In this document: one piece after another, positions 1 through 8,549 of the stretch | Numbering within the stretch: the first letter of the stretch is position 1 | Layout: every line of letters begins with the position of its first letter | Source: Alphaproteobacteria bacterium | GTDB lineage: Bacteria > Pseudomonadota > Alphaproteobacteria > UBA7887 | NCBI GenBank assembly: GCA_965216755.1 | Contig: CBDCGL010000009.1 | Location: 1 to 26,243 of the forward strand | Reading direction: 5' to 3' | Length of the DNA stretch: 26,243 nucleotides | The notes under the pieces: model-generated | Seen by the model: the letters and a program-made list of their open reading frames with translations, nothing else | What the model was told of the DNA's origin: nothing | Databases searched by the model: none | Program-made: the position numbers and the translations under genes

Positions 1-65
1 AATGCATTGTACAAACCTATTCATCGCGCAATAAAAATATATCTACATTCAAAAACTTAATTTTA

Positions 66-1382
66 TCATTCCTTCAAACTATGGTCAAGCACCACAAGGA
101 TTGGATTCAATATATAGTTTAATAACGAACTGGTACCGGTCAGGATATGTATTTGTGCTTGCATTCCAGCGTGGAGATCAATCTCTCTTGCGGAGTTGAT
201 GCTTTCCGACTCCAACTCGATACGACCGAGATAGTATCGTTCTCCAGTGTGCTCTTCCGTTAGTGTGTCAGCCGACACGGAGATCAATCGTCCTTCAAGC
301 GGCCGCACATTTCTTTGAGAAAATGCAGTCAACTGAACCTGAGCGAGGAGACCAGGTGACACAGCATCGATATCATCAGGTCTAATACGCGCATCAATCA
401 GGAGCCGTTCTTCACTGGGCACTATGTCCATCAAAGCCGCGCCGGGAGCTATGACACCCCCGACTGTATGAACCTGAAGCCCGACAACGGCTCCAGCAAT
501 TGGCGCCCGAATTTCTGTCCGCTGCTGCACGTCTGAGGCTGCTCTGAGATCCTCGGTTAACTCTCGAAGACGGTTTTCGATGTTCTGAACCTCCGCGACG
601 GCTTCATTGACGCGCGTCGTCTCAAGTTCCGCAATGCGAATCTCCGCCTCGGCAATGCTTTTTCGCACTTGAGAAATGGTCGCCAAATTCCGGCCCCGGT
701 TGCCGACAATCTGCGCTTGCTCACGCTCCAAGGCGAGAACCCGCCGCTTGGGCACCAGATCTTTAGCAAGCAAAGCGCGAAGATCCGAAAGCTCTTCGGA
801 CAACAAGGAAAACTGCCGTTCATATGCGGCGATCTCCGCCTCTAGACCGGCTATTTGCTGCTCGGACTGAGCGATTTGTTGCTCTATGATGGCAACCTGA
901 TCGTCTCGGACTTGCTTCTTCGCTTCGAAGACGCGCAGCTGGCCGGCAATAATCTCTTGAACTTTCGGTTCTGTGGACAATTTGGACAGCTGTGCCGGGA
1001 AGTCTATGGTCTCCAACCTATCACGTTCTGCCGCCAACCGCGCCGCGATTCCGAGCCTTGCATGGTAGGCATCGCGAACCTGGACAAGCCTCGCGCTCGC
1101 CTGCACGTCCTCCAGCCTTATCAGAACCTGCCCAGCTTCGACCACGTCACCCTCACGAACGAGGATCTCGCTAACGATGCCACCCTCCAGATGTTGGATG
1201 GTCTTGCGCCTCGTATCCACCGTCACAACACCAGGTGCAATCGCGGCACTTTCCAGGGGCGCCAACGCCGCCCAGGTCGTGAGCGCGCCAAAGAAGACTG
1301 CGATAACGGCACCGCCGGCCAAGGCAGCGTATCGTAGGCCCGGCTTTTCCGCATCGTCGGGTTCTGGGATCAGATTGACCAT
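66..1382 (-). CDS. HlyD-family type I secretion membrane fusion (periplasmic adaptor) protein, PrtE/AprE type
   Basis: N-terminal TM (AALAGGAVIAVFFGALTTWAALAPL), IQHLEGGIVSEILVREGDVVEAGQVLIRL lipoyl half-motif, long coiled coil, IRAPIAGAVVGL..TVGGVI, LHAGMQA..I.TG..SLLNYIL.P C-terminus. Start placed at ATG 1382 (MVNL), preceded by AAGAGGA, rather than at 1430. Confidence 0.95.
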   Translation of the reverse strand: MVNLIPEPDDAEKPGLRYAALAGGAVIAVFFGALTTWAALAPLESAAIAPGVVTVDTRRKTIQHLEGGIVSEILVREGDVVEAGQVLIRLEDVQASARLVQVRDAYHARLGIAARLAAERDRLETIDFPAQLSKLSTEPKVQEIIAGQLRVFEAKKQVRDDQVAIIEQQIAQSEQQIAGLEAEIAAYERQFSLLSEELSDLRALLAKDLVPKRRVLALEREQAQIVGNRGRNLATISQVRKSIAEAEIRIAELETTRVNEAVAEVQNIENRLRELTEDLRAASDVQQRTEIRAPIAGAVVGLQVHTVGGVIAPGAALMDIVPSEERLLIDARIRPDDIDAVSPGLLAQVQLTAFSQRNVRPLEGRLISVSADTLTEEHTGERYYLGRIELESESINSAREIDLHAGMQAQIHILTGTSSLLNYILNPILVVLDHSLKE

Positions 1383-1404
1383 GGCATGTCCTCTTGGCGG
1401 AGCC

Positions 1405-3102
1405 TTACGAGGCCGCAGTAGCCGGCCCAATCAACTGCGGCAATATGGTTTGGCGGGGACCGACAGTCCGTACCTGTCCTTGCTGCAGCACGAGAATGTG
1501 ATCTGCGATCTGCAGCACATTGGGACGATGAGAGATCACAATCGTGGTCGTGCCTCGCTCCTTGAGCGTCAGCAATGCGCGGAGCAGCGCCGCGTCTCCC
1601 GCCTGATCGAGACTGGCATTCGGTTCATCCAATACAAGAAACCGAGGATCTCCATAGACCGCGCGGGCGAGCGCGATCCATTGCCGCTGTCCACCTGAAA
1701 GCGACACCCCGCCGACGCCGATCTCGGTGTCGTACCCGCGCGGTAGCGACAGAATCATATCGTGGGCGCCAACAAGCTGAGCCGCCGCGACGACACCGCG
1801 CTCCTGTTGTTCCATCCTCGCTATGTTCTCACGTACCGTTCCGGCGAACAGCTCAACATCCTGCGGCAAGAAACCGATGTGCTGCTGGCGCTGCTCAAGC
1901 GGCCATTGTGTAATGTCGGCGCTGTCAAGCCGAACGTGGCCAAACCGCGCGGGGATGTTGCCCACGAGCAGGCGTGCAAGCGTGCTCTTTCCGGCGCCCG
2001 CCGGTCCGACAACGGCCAGCAACTCGCCGGCGCCGAGCTCACAGCGAATGCCGCGCAGCGTCGGATTGACTTGTCCCGGATAGACATAGGTCGCATTCTC
2101 AACCGACAGACGCCCTCTTGGCGTGGGCAGGGCCATGGCATTGACTTGCGCCACATCACGAGAAAAGCTCGCTCTTACGCGCTTGTAGGCTGTATATACG
2201 CCGACGGCGGTACGCCAGCCGGAGATCGCCATTTCGATTGGAGCCAGCGCCCGGCCCATGAGAATGGAGGCGGCAATCATCGCGCCACCGGTTAGTTCAC
2301 CACGAATGACTAACAAAGCACCTATACCAAGAACGGCCATCTGGAGCGCCATGCGAAGGGCCTTTGCCAAACCGTTGATGGCCGCGCTTTGACGAGAAGC
2401 GCGCAACTGCCGGGCATGGGTCTTCGTCCCCCGTTGCTGCCACCTCCTCACAATGGCAGGCAGCATTCCCATTGCCTGGATGACGTCAGCATTATGGATA
2501 GCCGCTTCTGCTTCACGCGTGACGCGCGCGGAAGCTGCAGCTGACCCTCTCAGCGTGCCGCGGGTCAGCCTTTCGTGCCCTAGGGCCAGCGCCGCGAGCA
2601 ACAGTGCGCCTGTTATGGCCAAATGACCCAGGATGGGATGCAGCATGAATACCACGGCAATAAAAACCGGGGTCCAAGGAAAATCGAGTAGGGGGGTGGG
2701 TCCCGAGCCACCAAGAAAAGACCGGATTGTCGCAAGGTCGCGGATCCCTTGGATCGTATCCGATCGTGCACTGCTTTCGCCGATAACGGTCGCACCGATG
2801 ACATAGCCGCCAAGTTTGCGCTCTGTCCACGCACCCAGGCGGGTCAACACGACATTCCGAGCCACGTCAAGCGCGCCCAAAGCCGACAAAGCAACAAGGG
2901 TGATTAGGGAAAGCATGATGAGGGTTTCGACGCTGCGGCTGGATAGCACACGATCAAACACCTGCAACATGTAGATCGGCACGCTCAACATCAGCAGGTT
3001 AATTGCAAGACTAAATATGGCACTGAGCGTTACGGCTGTCCGCGCTATACGGTGCACTTCGATCAATGCGGGGTTGTTCGTTTCGCTTCGGGACCGTTCC
3101 AT
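1405..3102 (-). CDS. Type I secretion ABC permease/ATPase, PrtD/AprD type (no C39 domain)
   Basis: INLLMLSVPIYMLQVFDRVLSSRS signature, Walker A GPAGAGKS, LSGGQ, Walker B LVLDEP, SHR H-loop. Start uncertain (ATG 3102 or TTG 3138). Confidence 0.95.
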   Translation of the reverse strand: MERSRSETNNPALIEVHRIARTAVTLSAIFSLAINLLMLSVPIYMLQVFDRVLSSRSVETLIMLSLITLVALSALGALDVARNVVLTRLGAWTERKLGGYVIGATVIGESSARSDTIQGIRDLATIRSFLGGSGPTPLLDFPWTPVFIAVVFMLHPILGHLAITGALLLAALALGHERLTRGTLRGSAAASARVTREAEAAIHNADVIQAMGMLPAIVRRWQQRGTKTHARQLRASRQSAAINGLAKALRMALQMAVLGIGALLVIRGELTGGAMIAASILMGRALAPIEMAISGWRTAVGVYTAYKRVRASFSRDVAQVNAMALPTPRGRLSVENATYVYPGQVNPTLRGIRCELGAGELLAVVGPAGAGKSTLARLLVGNIPARFGHVRLDSADITQWPLEQRQQHIGFLPQDVELFAGTVRENIARMEQQERGVVAAAQLVGAHDMILSLPRGYDTEIGVGGVSLSGGQRQWIALARAVYGDPRFLVLDEPNASLDQAGDAALLRALLTLKERGTTTIVISHRPNVLQIADHILVLQQGQVRTVGPRQTILPQLIGPATAAS

Positions 3103-3554
3103 GAAAGGCACAAACGTGAGCGCGTTACGAAAGACCAATTCCGCGTCGGTTACCTCAGCCAGCCAACGATCTCTACGGCGACTATTCGTTCACCGTCTTG
3201 GTCCGGTTTGGCAATCTTAGGGAGTATGCCAATTTACTCACTCAATTGCTATTTGGTGCTGCTGTGACAAATTAGTGATGAGCTGTTTTCTGTCGGGCGC
3301 TATGGAAGACAGAATGTGACGGGTCAAATCTACCGAATTCACAGGCATATAAATGTATGCTAGCAATATGAGATAAAGGACGCTATATTATGTGTGCTAA
3401 AAATTGACTGATGCTGTGGCAAGTTTGTTGTCGCTGTCGTCGGGCGCGCCAACATTGGGTATTGCACTAACCTCAGCAAAAATCGTCTCTATATCGTCAG
3501 GCGGATTGTTTTTTTAGCCACCTAGCGCTACTACTATAAGGGAAAGCCTCATAG

Positions 3555-4700
3555 CTAGTCCTCCGCAGGTCCGGCCAACCGTAGCGCCGCGTTGTATGTA
3601 TAGTGTCTGTCGGCCGCGGGGTTGAAAGGCACTCCGTCTTTCGTCTTTAGCCGTGGGACTCCGTTCGGGGACAACAAATCAGCGATCAGTGTAACCATTT
3701 TGCCTTGGTCGCAGGGCCAGTCATCTAACGTGAGGTCGTCAGATAGTTTAAAAGGTATCCTATTTCTTAGCTCACGCGCAATGTCAGAAATCTCTCCCTG
3801 CATCAACTTCTCGGGAAACACGCCGACTCCCGCACTTCGGTGATGCGTTAAGTTGGTCCTCTTCATTACAATCCGTGCGGTGATTGGTTCTTGGAACGAG
3901 CCGAGGGTCAAGACAAGGCCAAGGTATCTGTCGACGGCCCGATTGGGCCTCCGAAATACCATCATCTTTAGCGCCGCCCCATCGTCTATCTCACCGACAA
4001 AATACACCCCCTGCCTCATCGGCACTACAATTCCCCTTGCGTGCCGATCATTCGTCTGCTCATGCAACAAGAAATTGCTAAACCTGCAAAATGGAGCTAA
4101 GTCTGTCGGTTTGTGTACAACAAGAAACGATTTAGCCACTTCGCCGGGCGAAATATCATACCTGTAGCACAAGAAATGCGCTTCGTTCGGAATCTTGTTA
4201 TTTCCGTCTTCCTTGCAAAACAACGGCCACGCGGCGTTTAGTTGGTCTTGGTCCGTGTGCAAATATCGAGAAATTAGTTTTATTGCTGCGTCAATGGGCG
4301 TCTCCTCATGAGTCGGCTTCTTCGGTTGTCTCTCGGCTAGCAGGCGAGAAAAGGCTTTTCCGAGATCCCGTAACCTTTTGATCTCCGGAGCTAACGGGTT
4401 TGTGTCGCCAAAATGGTTCGCTATCAAAGCATCGCACGTGATCAAAAGGGTCGACTTATGAACAGGGCTCTTAAGGTGAAGTTTGTAGCCGTCTTGCGAT
4501 TCTGCGTAACGCCCAAGTGTTTTGGCACTCGGGCTCTTAAGTGTCGTCTCCAGACCCTTCAAACTTAGCTCTTCATCGATCATTTGCTTGAATGCACTTG
4601 GTCGTTGGCCGATCGTTTCAGAGAGGGTGCGAAAGCCGATCCAGAGTGCTCTATTTCTTTGAGGAGACCAGAAACTGCGGTTCTTGAAGCCTGCTAACAT
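3555..4700 (-). CDS. Hypothetical protein, 381 aa; possible N-terminal HTH and C-terminal beta-strand-rich domain
   Basis: Long ORF 18 bp downstream of the preceding gene. SAKTLGRY resembles an HTH recognition helix; the C-terminal half is a series of short hydrophobic strands (FLCYRY, SFLVVH, GVYFVG, YLGLVLT, ITARIVMK). Domain assignment is inference. Confidence 0.75.
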   Translation of the reverse strand: MLAGFKNRSFWSPQRNRALWIGFRTLSETIGQRPSAFKQMIDEELSLKGLETTLKSPSAKTLGRYAESQDGYKLHLKSPVHKSTLLITCDALIANHFGDTNPLAPEIKRLRDLGKAFSRLLAERQPKKPTHEETPIDAAIKLISRYLHTDQDQLNAAWPLFCKEDGNNKIPNEAHFLCYRYDISPGEVAKSFLVVHKPTDLAPFCRFSNFLLHEQTNDRHARGIVVPMRQGVYFVGEIDDGAALKMMVFRRPNRAVDRYLGLVLTLGSFQEPITARIVMKRTNLTHHRSAGVGVFPEKLMQGEISDIARELRNRIPFKLSDDLTLDDWPCDQGKMVTLIADLLSPNGVPRLKTKDGVPFNPAADRHYTYNAALRLAGPAED

Positions 4701-4718
4701 GAAATCCGTCCAAAGATG

Positions 4719-5399
4719 CTAGTCTGTGGCACCGTCGGAGCCGATGAATATTCCCACGAGGAGGCTGATCAGGGCCAGGAGCGCCCCCAAAAACCCATAA
4801 ATCACTCGCAGACGCTGCATCGACGCAGTTCTTTCTTCGCGATATTCCTTTCGCCTATCTAATAGATGCTCATGCATCTTTGTCTCGATATCAATAAGTG
4901 AAGACATTTTTTCCTGAAGATCATTGAGATAACTAGTTACTTGGTCATCTCGTATGGCAGATCGAGAAAGGTCTGCAATTATGCGACCTATCTGGTCTTC
5001 CACGAACCGGACTTCCCTTTCAATTGCGTCAGGGGCCAGTGTTGGCGATATCTCCTGTAGTTCTATTGTATTGCCAGAGTAATTTTCGAGGCGTATTCGA
5101 TAGGTTGGCACGAAAGCCTTAATTATATCGGCCCGGCGCTCGTAAGATCGGGCCGCCTCTAAGAATGCGCTCTTGACCTCATTGTCCGCTTTTTCTATTG
5201 CCTGAAGCCGAGATTGCGACGATCCATCGGGATCCAGTGCAGCTTCGATCTCAACGACTAACACTGGGAGGCTCGCCCGAGAGGTCATGTTGAACACGGG
5301 CGTATTCTTGTTCACGAAGGTCTCAAGTTCCTTGTACCTTCGCAGAATGCGCCAGACGGACAGGCAGAAGTCCGTGGCATCAGGACGGAGCGCCGGCAC
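4719..5399 (-). CDS. Hypothetical coiled-coil protein with C-terminal membrane anchor, 226 aa
   Basis: Helical charged body ending in VIYGFLGALLALISLLVGIFIG; GAGGGG upstream of the GTG start. Confidence 0.75.
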   Translation of the reverse strand: MPALRPDATDFCLSVWRILRRYKELETFVNKNTPVFNMTSRASLPVLVVEIEAALDPDGSSQSRLQAIEKADNEVKSAFLEAARSYERRADIIKAFVPTYRIRLENYSGNTIELQEISPTLAPDAIEREVRFVEDQIGRIIADLSRSAIRDDQVTSYLNDLQEKMSSLIDIETKMHEHLLDRRKEYREERTASMQRLRVIYGFLGALLALISLLVGIFIGSDGATD

Positions 5400-5454
5400 C
5401 TGGTCGCCCCTCAGCTAGTAGCACACTTCAATTCAGCAAAGCCAGTAGCCATTG

Positions 5455-5811
5455 TTAATTAGGAAGGCATTTAATTGCTTCTCGGTATTTCCGTTCTCCT
5501 GCGGACATTTCTCCCGATTCATTTAGGAGCGCGGCTTCCCTCGCTAGTTCCAAATATTTAAGGTATCTTGACCGCGCTCGTTGATTCGCGCGGATAACTT
5601 CGAGGATCCTTCGCGTTTCTTCAAGGGCGGGATCGTTCTCGTCTAAGCCTTCCAGATACCTGGCGATTCGGTCGCGCGTGTTCTGATTCTCCGTCGAACG
5701 GCAGCGAGTTTTGTCGGAAACAATATAACGCCACAAGCTCTCTGCTAAGCTTTGCTCCCGTCGTGGACTCATCAAATCATGCATGTCTTCTGAACTCATG
5801 TGGCTAGCCAC
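5455..5811 (-). CDS. Hypothetical small helical protein, about 118 aa
   Basis: Co-oriented with the two downstream genes, protein-like composition, downstream of a predicted sigma70 promoter; start uncertain. Confidence 0.6.
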   Translation of the reverse strand: MASHMSSEDMHDLMSPRREQSLAESLWRYIVSDKTRCRSTENQNTRDRIARYLEGLDENDPALEETRRILEVIRANQRARSRYLKYLELAREAALLNESGEMSAGERKYREAIKCLPN

Positions 5812-5873
5812 CCTTGGATATTCGCCGCCAGATCAAGCATGCATTGTAGCGAGCGGATTGGGACTATCGAGCC

Positions 5874-5901
5874 ATGCTAGGCTCCTACCCCGAATTGTCA
5901 A
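5874..5901 (-). promoter_or_regulatory. Putative sigma70 promoter for the 3555-5811 operon
   Basis: Minus strand reads TTGACA (5901-5896), 16 nt, TAGCAT (5879-5874). Confidence 0.55.
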
Positions 5902-5934
5902 GGCAATGTCCAGAAAATGTCCACAGTTTGTCCA
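5896..5934. repeat. Four hexamers in exact 11-bp phase (TGTCAA, TGTCCA x3); putative regulator-binding array
   Basis: Starts at 5896, 5907, 5918 and 5929; the first copy is the -35 hexamer itself. Confidence 0.65.
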
Positions 5935-6249
5935 TTTTGTGCCAGAATGTGGCCGCTCGGAGGGCAGTCCCAGTAATACGTCAAGTTACGCAAAGACAGT
6001 CATTGGTCAGATCGCTGCTCTGGTCGTAATTCTTGCCTCCTGAGAAGACGTCAGATTGTCACTAGGCATTGCTTTCGCAAGGGCGTCTTGAATGATTCCT
6101 AGAGAAGTCATCCTGCGCTGGAAAATGTCTCTATCCGCTCCCGGTTTGGAAGGTGATTGGGCTAAGAAAGAGGAAACGTGGCTGCATGCTGAAGGGGGCT
6201 GCAGCTATGAAACTTCGGAAATGTCTCTCCACCAAAACTGGGGAAGTCC

Positions 6250-6521
6250 AGCATCCGACCCAGTGGTGAGGCATGATCGATGGCTTGGGCTGGGTATACG
6301 TCGTCATTGTGCCCGACTGGCATAGGAAGGTGATGGTTGGTTACAATGCTGGTTTCCAGGCCAAAGCCTGGCATTAGCTTGTAGCCTTGAACCAAGCGAT
6401 CAATCGCCAGTTCTTCAATGGTGCGCGCGATCACGAGCCACGATTGAAGGCCGACAATGGCTGCGAACCAACCGCGGTCGATTTCATGAGGGCCTGCGCC
6501 GCCATGGGCGTTCGCTAGGCC
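6250..6521 (+). pseudogene. IS3-family transposase (integrase core) remnant
   Basis: Translates as MIDGLGWVYVVIVPDWHRKVMVGY..AWH*LVALNQAINRQF..LKADNGCEPTAVDFMRACAAMGVR*, an rve core with in-frame stops. Confidence 0.75.
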
Positions 6522-6714
6522 GAGGGAATGGAAGAGTCTAACAACGTTTTTCGAGAGATTGCACCAATGGATCGCCAGGTACAACGCCGCCTATCTATAC
6601 TCGGCACTTGGATGTAGATCGCCACAAAACTTCGAAACACTAACCATTAGTCACGACACTCAATAAGCAAATGCTTGCTAAACGGGGGAAGTGCACCGCA
6701 GGAATATTGTCTTA

Positions 6715-6743
6715 TTGCAAATATCGCATTTTTGCTATATCAT
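6715..6743 (+). promoter_or_regulatory. TA operon promoter with operator palindrome in the spacer
   Basis: TTGCAA-17 nt-TATCAT ends 6 nt before ATG 6750; imperfect inverted repeat ATATCGCA-tttt-TGCTATAT at 6721-6740. Confidence 0.7.
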
Positions 6744-6749
6744 AGAAAT

Positions 6750-7073
6750 ATGATTTGGACGGTTGAGTTTTTGAACGATGAGGTAAGAGACGAGCTCAAC
6801 CAGCTGCCAATCGATATCCGCGCAAGATTTGAGCGCATCGTCGACTTGATCCGCAGTTTCGGGCTGGAACACGTGCGCGAGCCGTACATCAAACATCTCG
6901 AAGGTCCTCTTTGGGAAATGCGCATGAAGGGGAAGGACGGGAATGCCAGAGCGATCTATGTGACCGCCCGGAACCGGCGCATCGTGGTAGTGCGGGCATT
7001 CCCAAAGAAAACCCAGAAAACGCCGCGTCGAGAGATCAAGCTGGCCTTGAAACGAGCGAAGGAGGTGAAATGA
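6750..7073 (+). CDS. Type II TA toxin, RelE/ParE superfamily (HigB/Gp49-like)
   Basis: MIWTVEFLN..EL..LP.DIRARF..EPYIKHLEGPLWEMRMKG..ARAIY..IVVVRAFPKKTQKTPRREI.LA..R; toxin-first gene order. Confidence 0.92.
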   Translation: MIWTVEFLNDEVRDELNQLPIDIRARFERIVDLIRSFGLEHVREPYIKHLEGPLWEMRMKGKDGNARAIYVTARNRRIVVVRAFPKKTQKTPRREIKLALKRAKEVK

Positions 7074-7384
7074 CTAGGCAGAAGAGTAAATCCGTTGAGA
7101 CCCTGTTCGCAGACTGGCGCAAGGATCGCCGGTATGTGGCCGAATATGATGCGCTTCAAGAAGAATTTAGTTTGGCAGCAGCCGTGATCGCCGCGCGCTC
7201 TCATGCCGGCCTAAGCCAACTAGAACTTGCTGAACGCATGGGCACGACGCAAAGCGTCATAGCGCGGCTTGAGGGCGGCAAGTCGAAGCCGTCGACCACG
7301 ACTCTGGAAAAGCTTGCAAGAGCCACCGGAACCCGACTCAGGATCGCATTTGAGCCGGACGACGCACCGGCAGCCAAAGCGTAG
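7070..7384 (+). CDS. XRE-family HTH antitoxin (HigA-like)
   Basis: ATGA overlap with the toxin, GGAGG SD; ARSHAGLSQLELAERMGTTQSVIARLEGGKSKPSTTTLEKLARATG. Confidence 0.92.
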   Translation: MTRQKSKSVETLFADWRKDRRYVAEYDALQEEFSLAAAVIAARSHAGLSQLELAERMGTTQSVIARLEGGKSKPSTTTLEKLARATGTRLRIAFEPDDAPAAKA

Positions 7385-7557
7385 AAGATTGAGATGGAGT
7401 TCGCTTGGAGCGGCAAACGGACCCCGGAAGCACCGCCCGCGCTCATCGGTTGTATCCGCACGGTGCCGAAGCCATCCGAGGAAACGTTGCGTCCCAGTCA
7501 AACGGATTCGTGGAGACGCTCGTGACTGGGAATTGCTCATTCGGCACAACAACTTTG

Positions 7558-7673
7558 ATTCCCGCTTTTGATAAAAGCCGGAATTGTAATTTGCAAAAAA
7601 ACAATCCTTTACACAGATTGAACAGTGTTTTATTCTGGCTTCTATGAGCAGGAACCAAAAACCCGGAATAAAA
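7558..7673. promoter_or_regulatory. Putative recombinase binding/resolution site (two inverted pairs of an AAAAGCCGGAAT-like motif)
   Basis: ATTCCCGCTTTT-gat-AAAAGCCGGAAT at 7558-7584 (11/12 inverted match). TTTTATTCTGG (7628-7638) pairs with CCGGAATAAAA (7663-7673, 10/11), straddling the recombinase ATG. Confidence 0.5.
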
Positions 7674-8363
7674 AGCGGACCCTGGAACAAGGACAAAGCC
7701 GTCGGTCAGAAAACCCCGTTCACGCCTGATCAAGCCGATCTGATACGTGCGGCCCTTGCCAATGAGTTTGAGACGCTGAGCACACAGGCTGCACAGTTGG
7801 CCATGTCCGGAAAAGAACCGACGGCCAACAAAAAGCGTCGGCAAGCCTATGCCGCATTGCGCGATCTCGCATTGTTCAATACCGGCATCGATACCATGCT
7901 GCGCGCCTCAGACCTTCTAAGTCTGCGCGTCATTGACGTCATCGACCACACAGGCGAGATCGTCGATGAATTCCCGGTCCGTCAAAGAAAGACCAATGAG
8001 CCCCATATCGTCCAGCTCCTCCATGCCGCCCGCGAAGTCCTCAAAGCTTGGATCGAATTGACCGTCAAGACCGCCGACGACGCGCTTTTTACAAGTCTGA
8101 GCAACCGCAACTACGGTCAACCCATCAGCCGCGACCAATACGCCAACCTTGTCAAGAAATGGGCCGATTACGCGCGGCTGGATCCGCGCCGGCACAGCAC
8201 CCACTCGATGCGCCGGACCAAGTCAGCCGCCGTATACCAAGCAACCAAAAACCTAGCCGCCTGCCGCGAGCTCCTGGGCCACAAGAATATCGGCAGCACA
8301 GCGCACTATCTCGGCGTCGACAAACGACAGGCCCTGGATATTGCTAAGAGAATCAAGGTGTAG
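7644..8363 (+). CDS. Tyrosine recombinase/integrase, short catalytic-domain type, 239 aa
   Basis: RDLALF..MLRASDL (R), QRKT (K), HSMRRT (HxxR), LLGH, HYLG (Y): complete catalytic set. Confidence 0.93.
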   Translation: MSRNQKPGIKSGPWNKDKAVGQKTPFTPDQADLIRAALANEFETLSTQAAQLAMSGKEPTANKKRRQAYAALRDLALFNTGIDTMLRASDLLSLRVIDVIDHTGEIVDEFPVRQRKTNEPHIVQLLHAAREVLKAWIELTVKTADDALFTSLSNRNYGQPISRDQYANLVKKWADYARLDPRRHSTHSMRRTKSAAVYQATKNLAACRELLGHKNIGSTAHYLGVDKRQALDIAKRIKV

Positions 8364-8460
8364 GATGTTGCCGCGGTCTCATCGATGCGTCGAGAGATCT
8401 TAGCTTCGGAAGCGTTGTGTAAGATGACCTGGCGCCGTTACAGTTTCTGTGGGCGTCACC

Positions 8461-8484
8461 AGGGGAGCGCAAAAGCCCTCCCCT
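8461..8484. terminator. GC-rich hairpin between convergent genes
   Basis: AGGGGAGCGC-aaaa-GCCCTCCCCT (9/10 stem); no clear U-tract. Confidence 0.35.
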
Positions 8485-8549
8485 AATCTGATATTTGGCC
8501 GATCTCAAAAGCCGCGTGATTTTGAATCTCGGGAACTGGGATTGGAAAC

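Noticed and set aside
66-1430. Longer 454-aa start for the HlyD gene
   Set aside because: It overlaps the ABC gene end; ATG 1382 has an SD and gives a normal N-terminus.
5885-5895. CTACCCCGAAT as a fourth lux-box-like site
   Set aside because: It is only a partial half-site and is not palindromic.
6162-6584. 140-aa minus-strand ORF
   Set aside because: It is the antisense shadow of the IS3 transposase remnant on the plus strand.
6911-7384. 157-aa version of the antitoxin
   Set aside because: The extension overlaps the toxin; ATG 7070 with GGAGG and ATGA coupling is far more plausible.
7644-8363. Recombinase as an integron or prophage integrase
   Set aside because: It is too short, lacks the IntI-specific insertion, and has no att/tRNA site or phage genes nearby.
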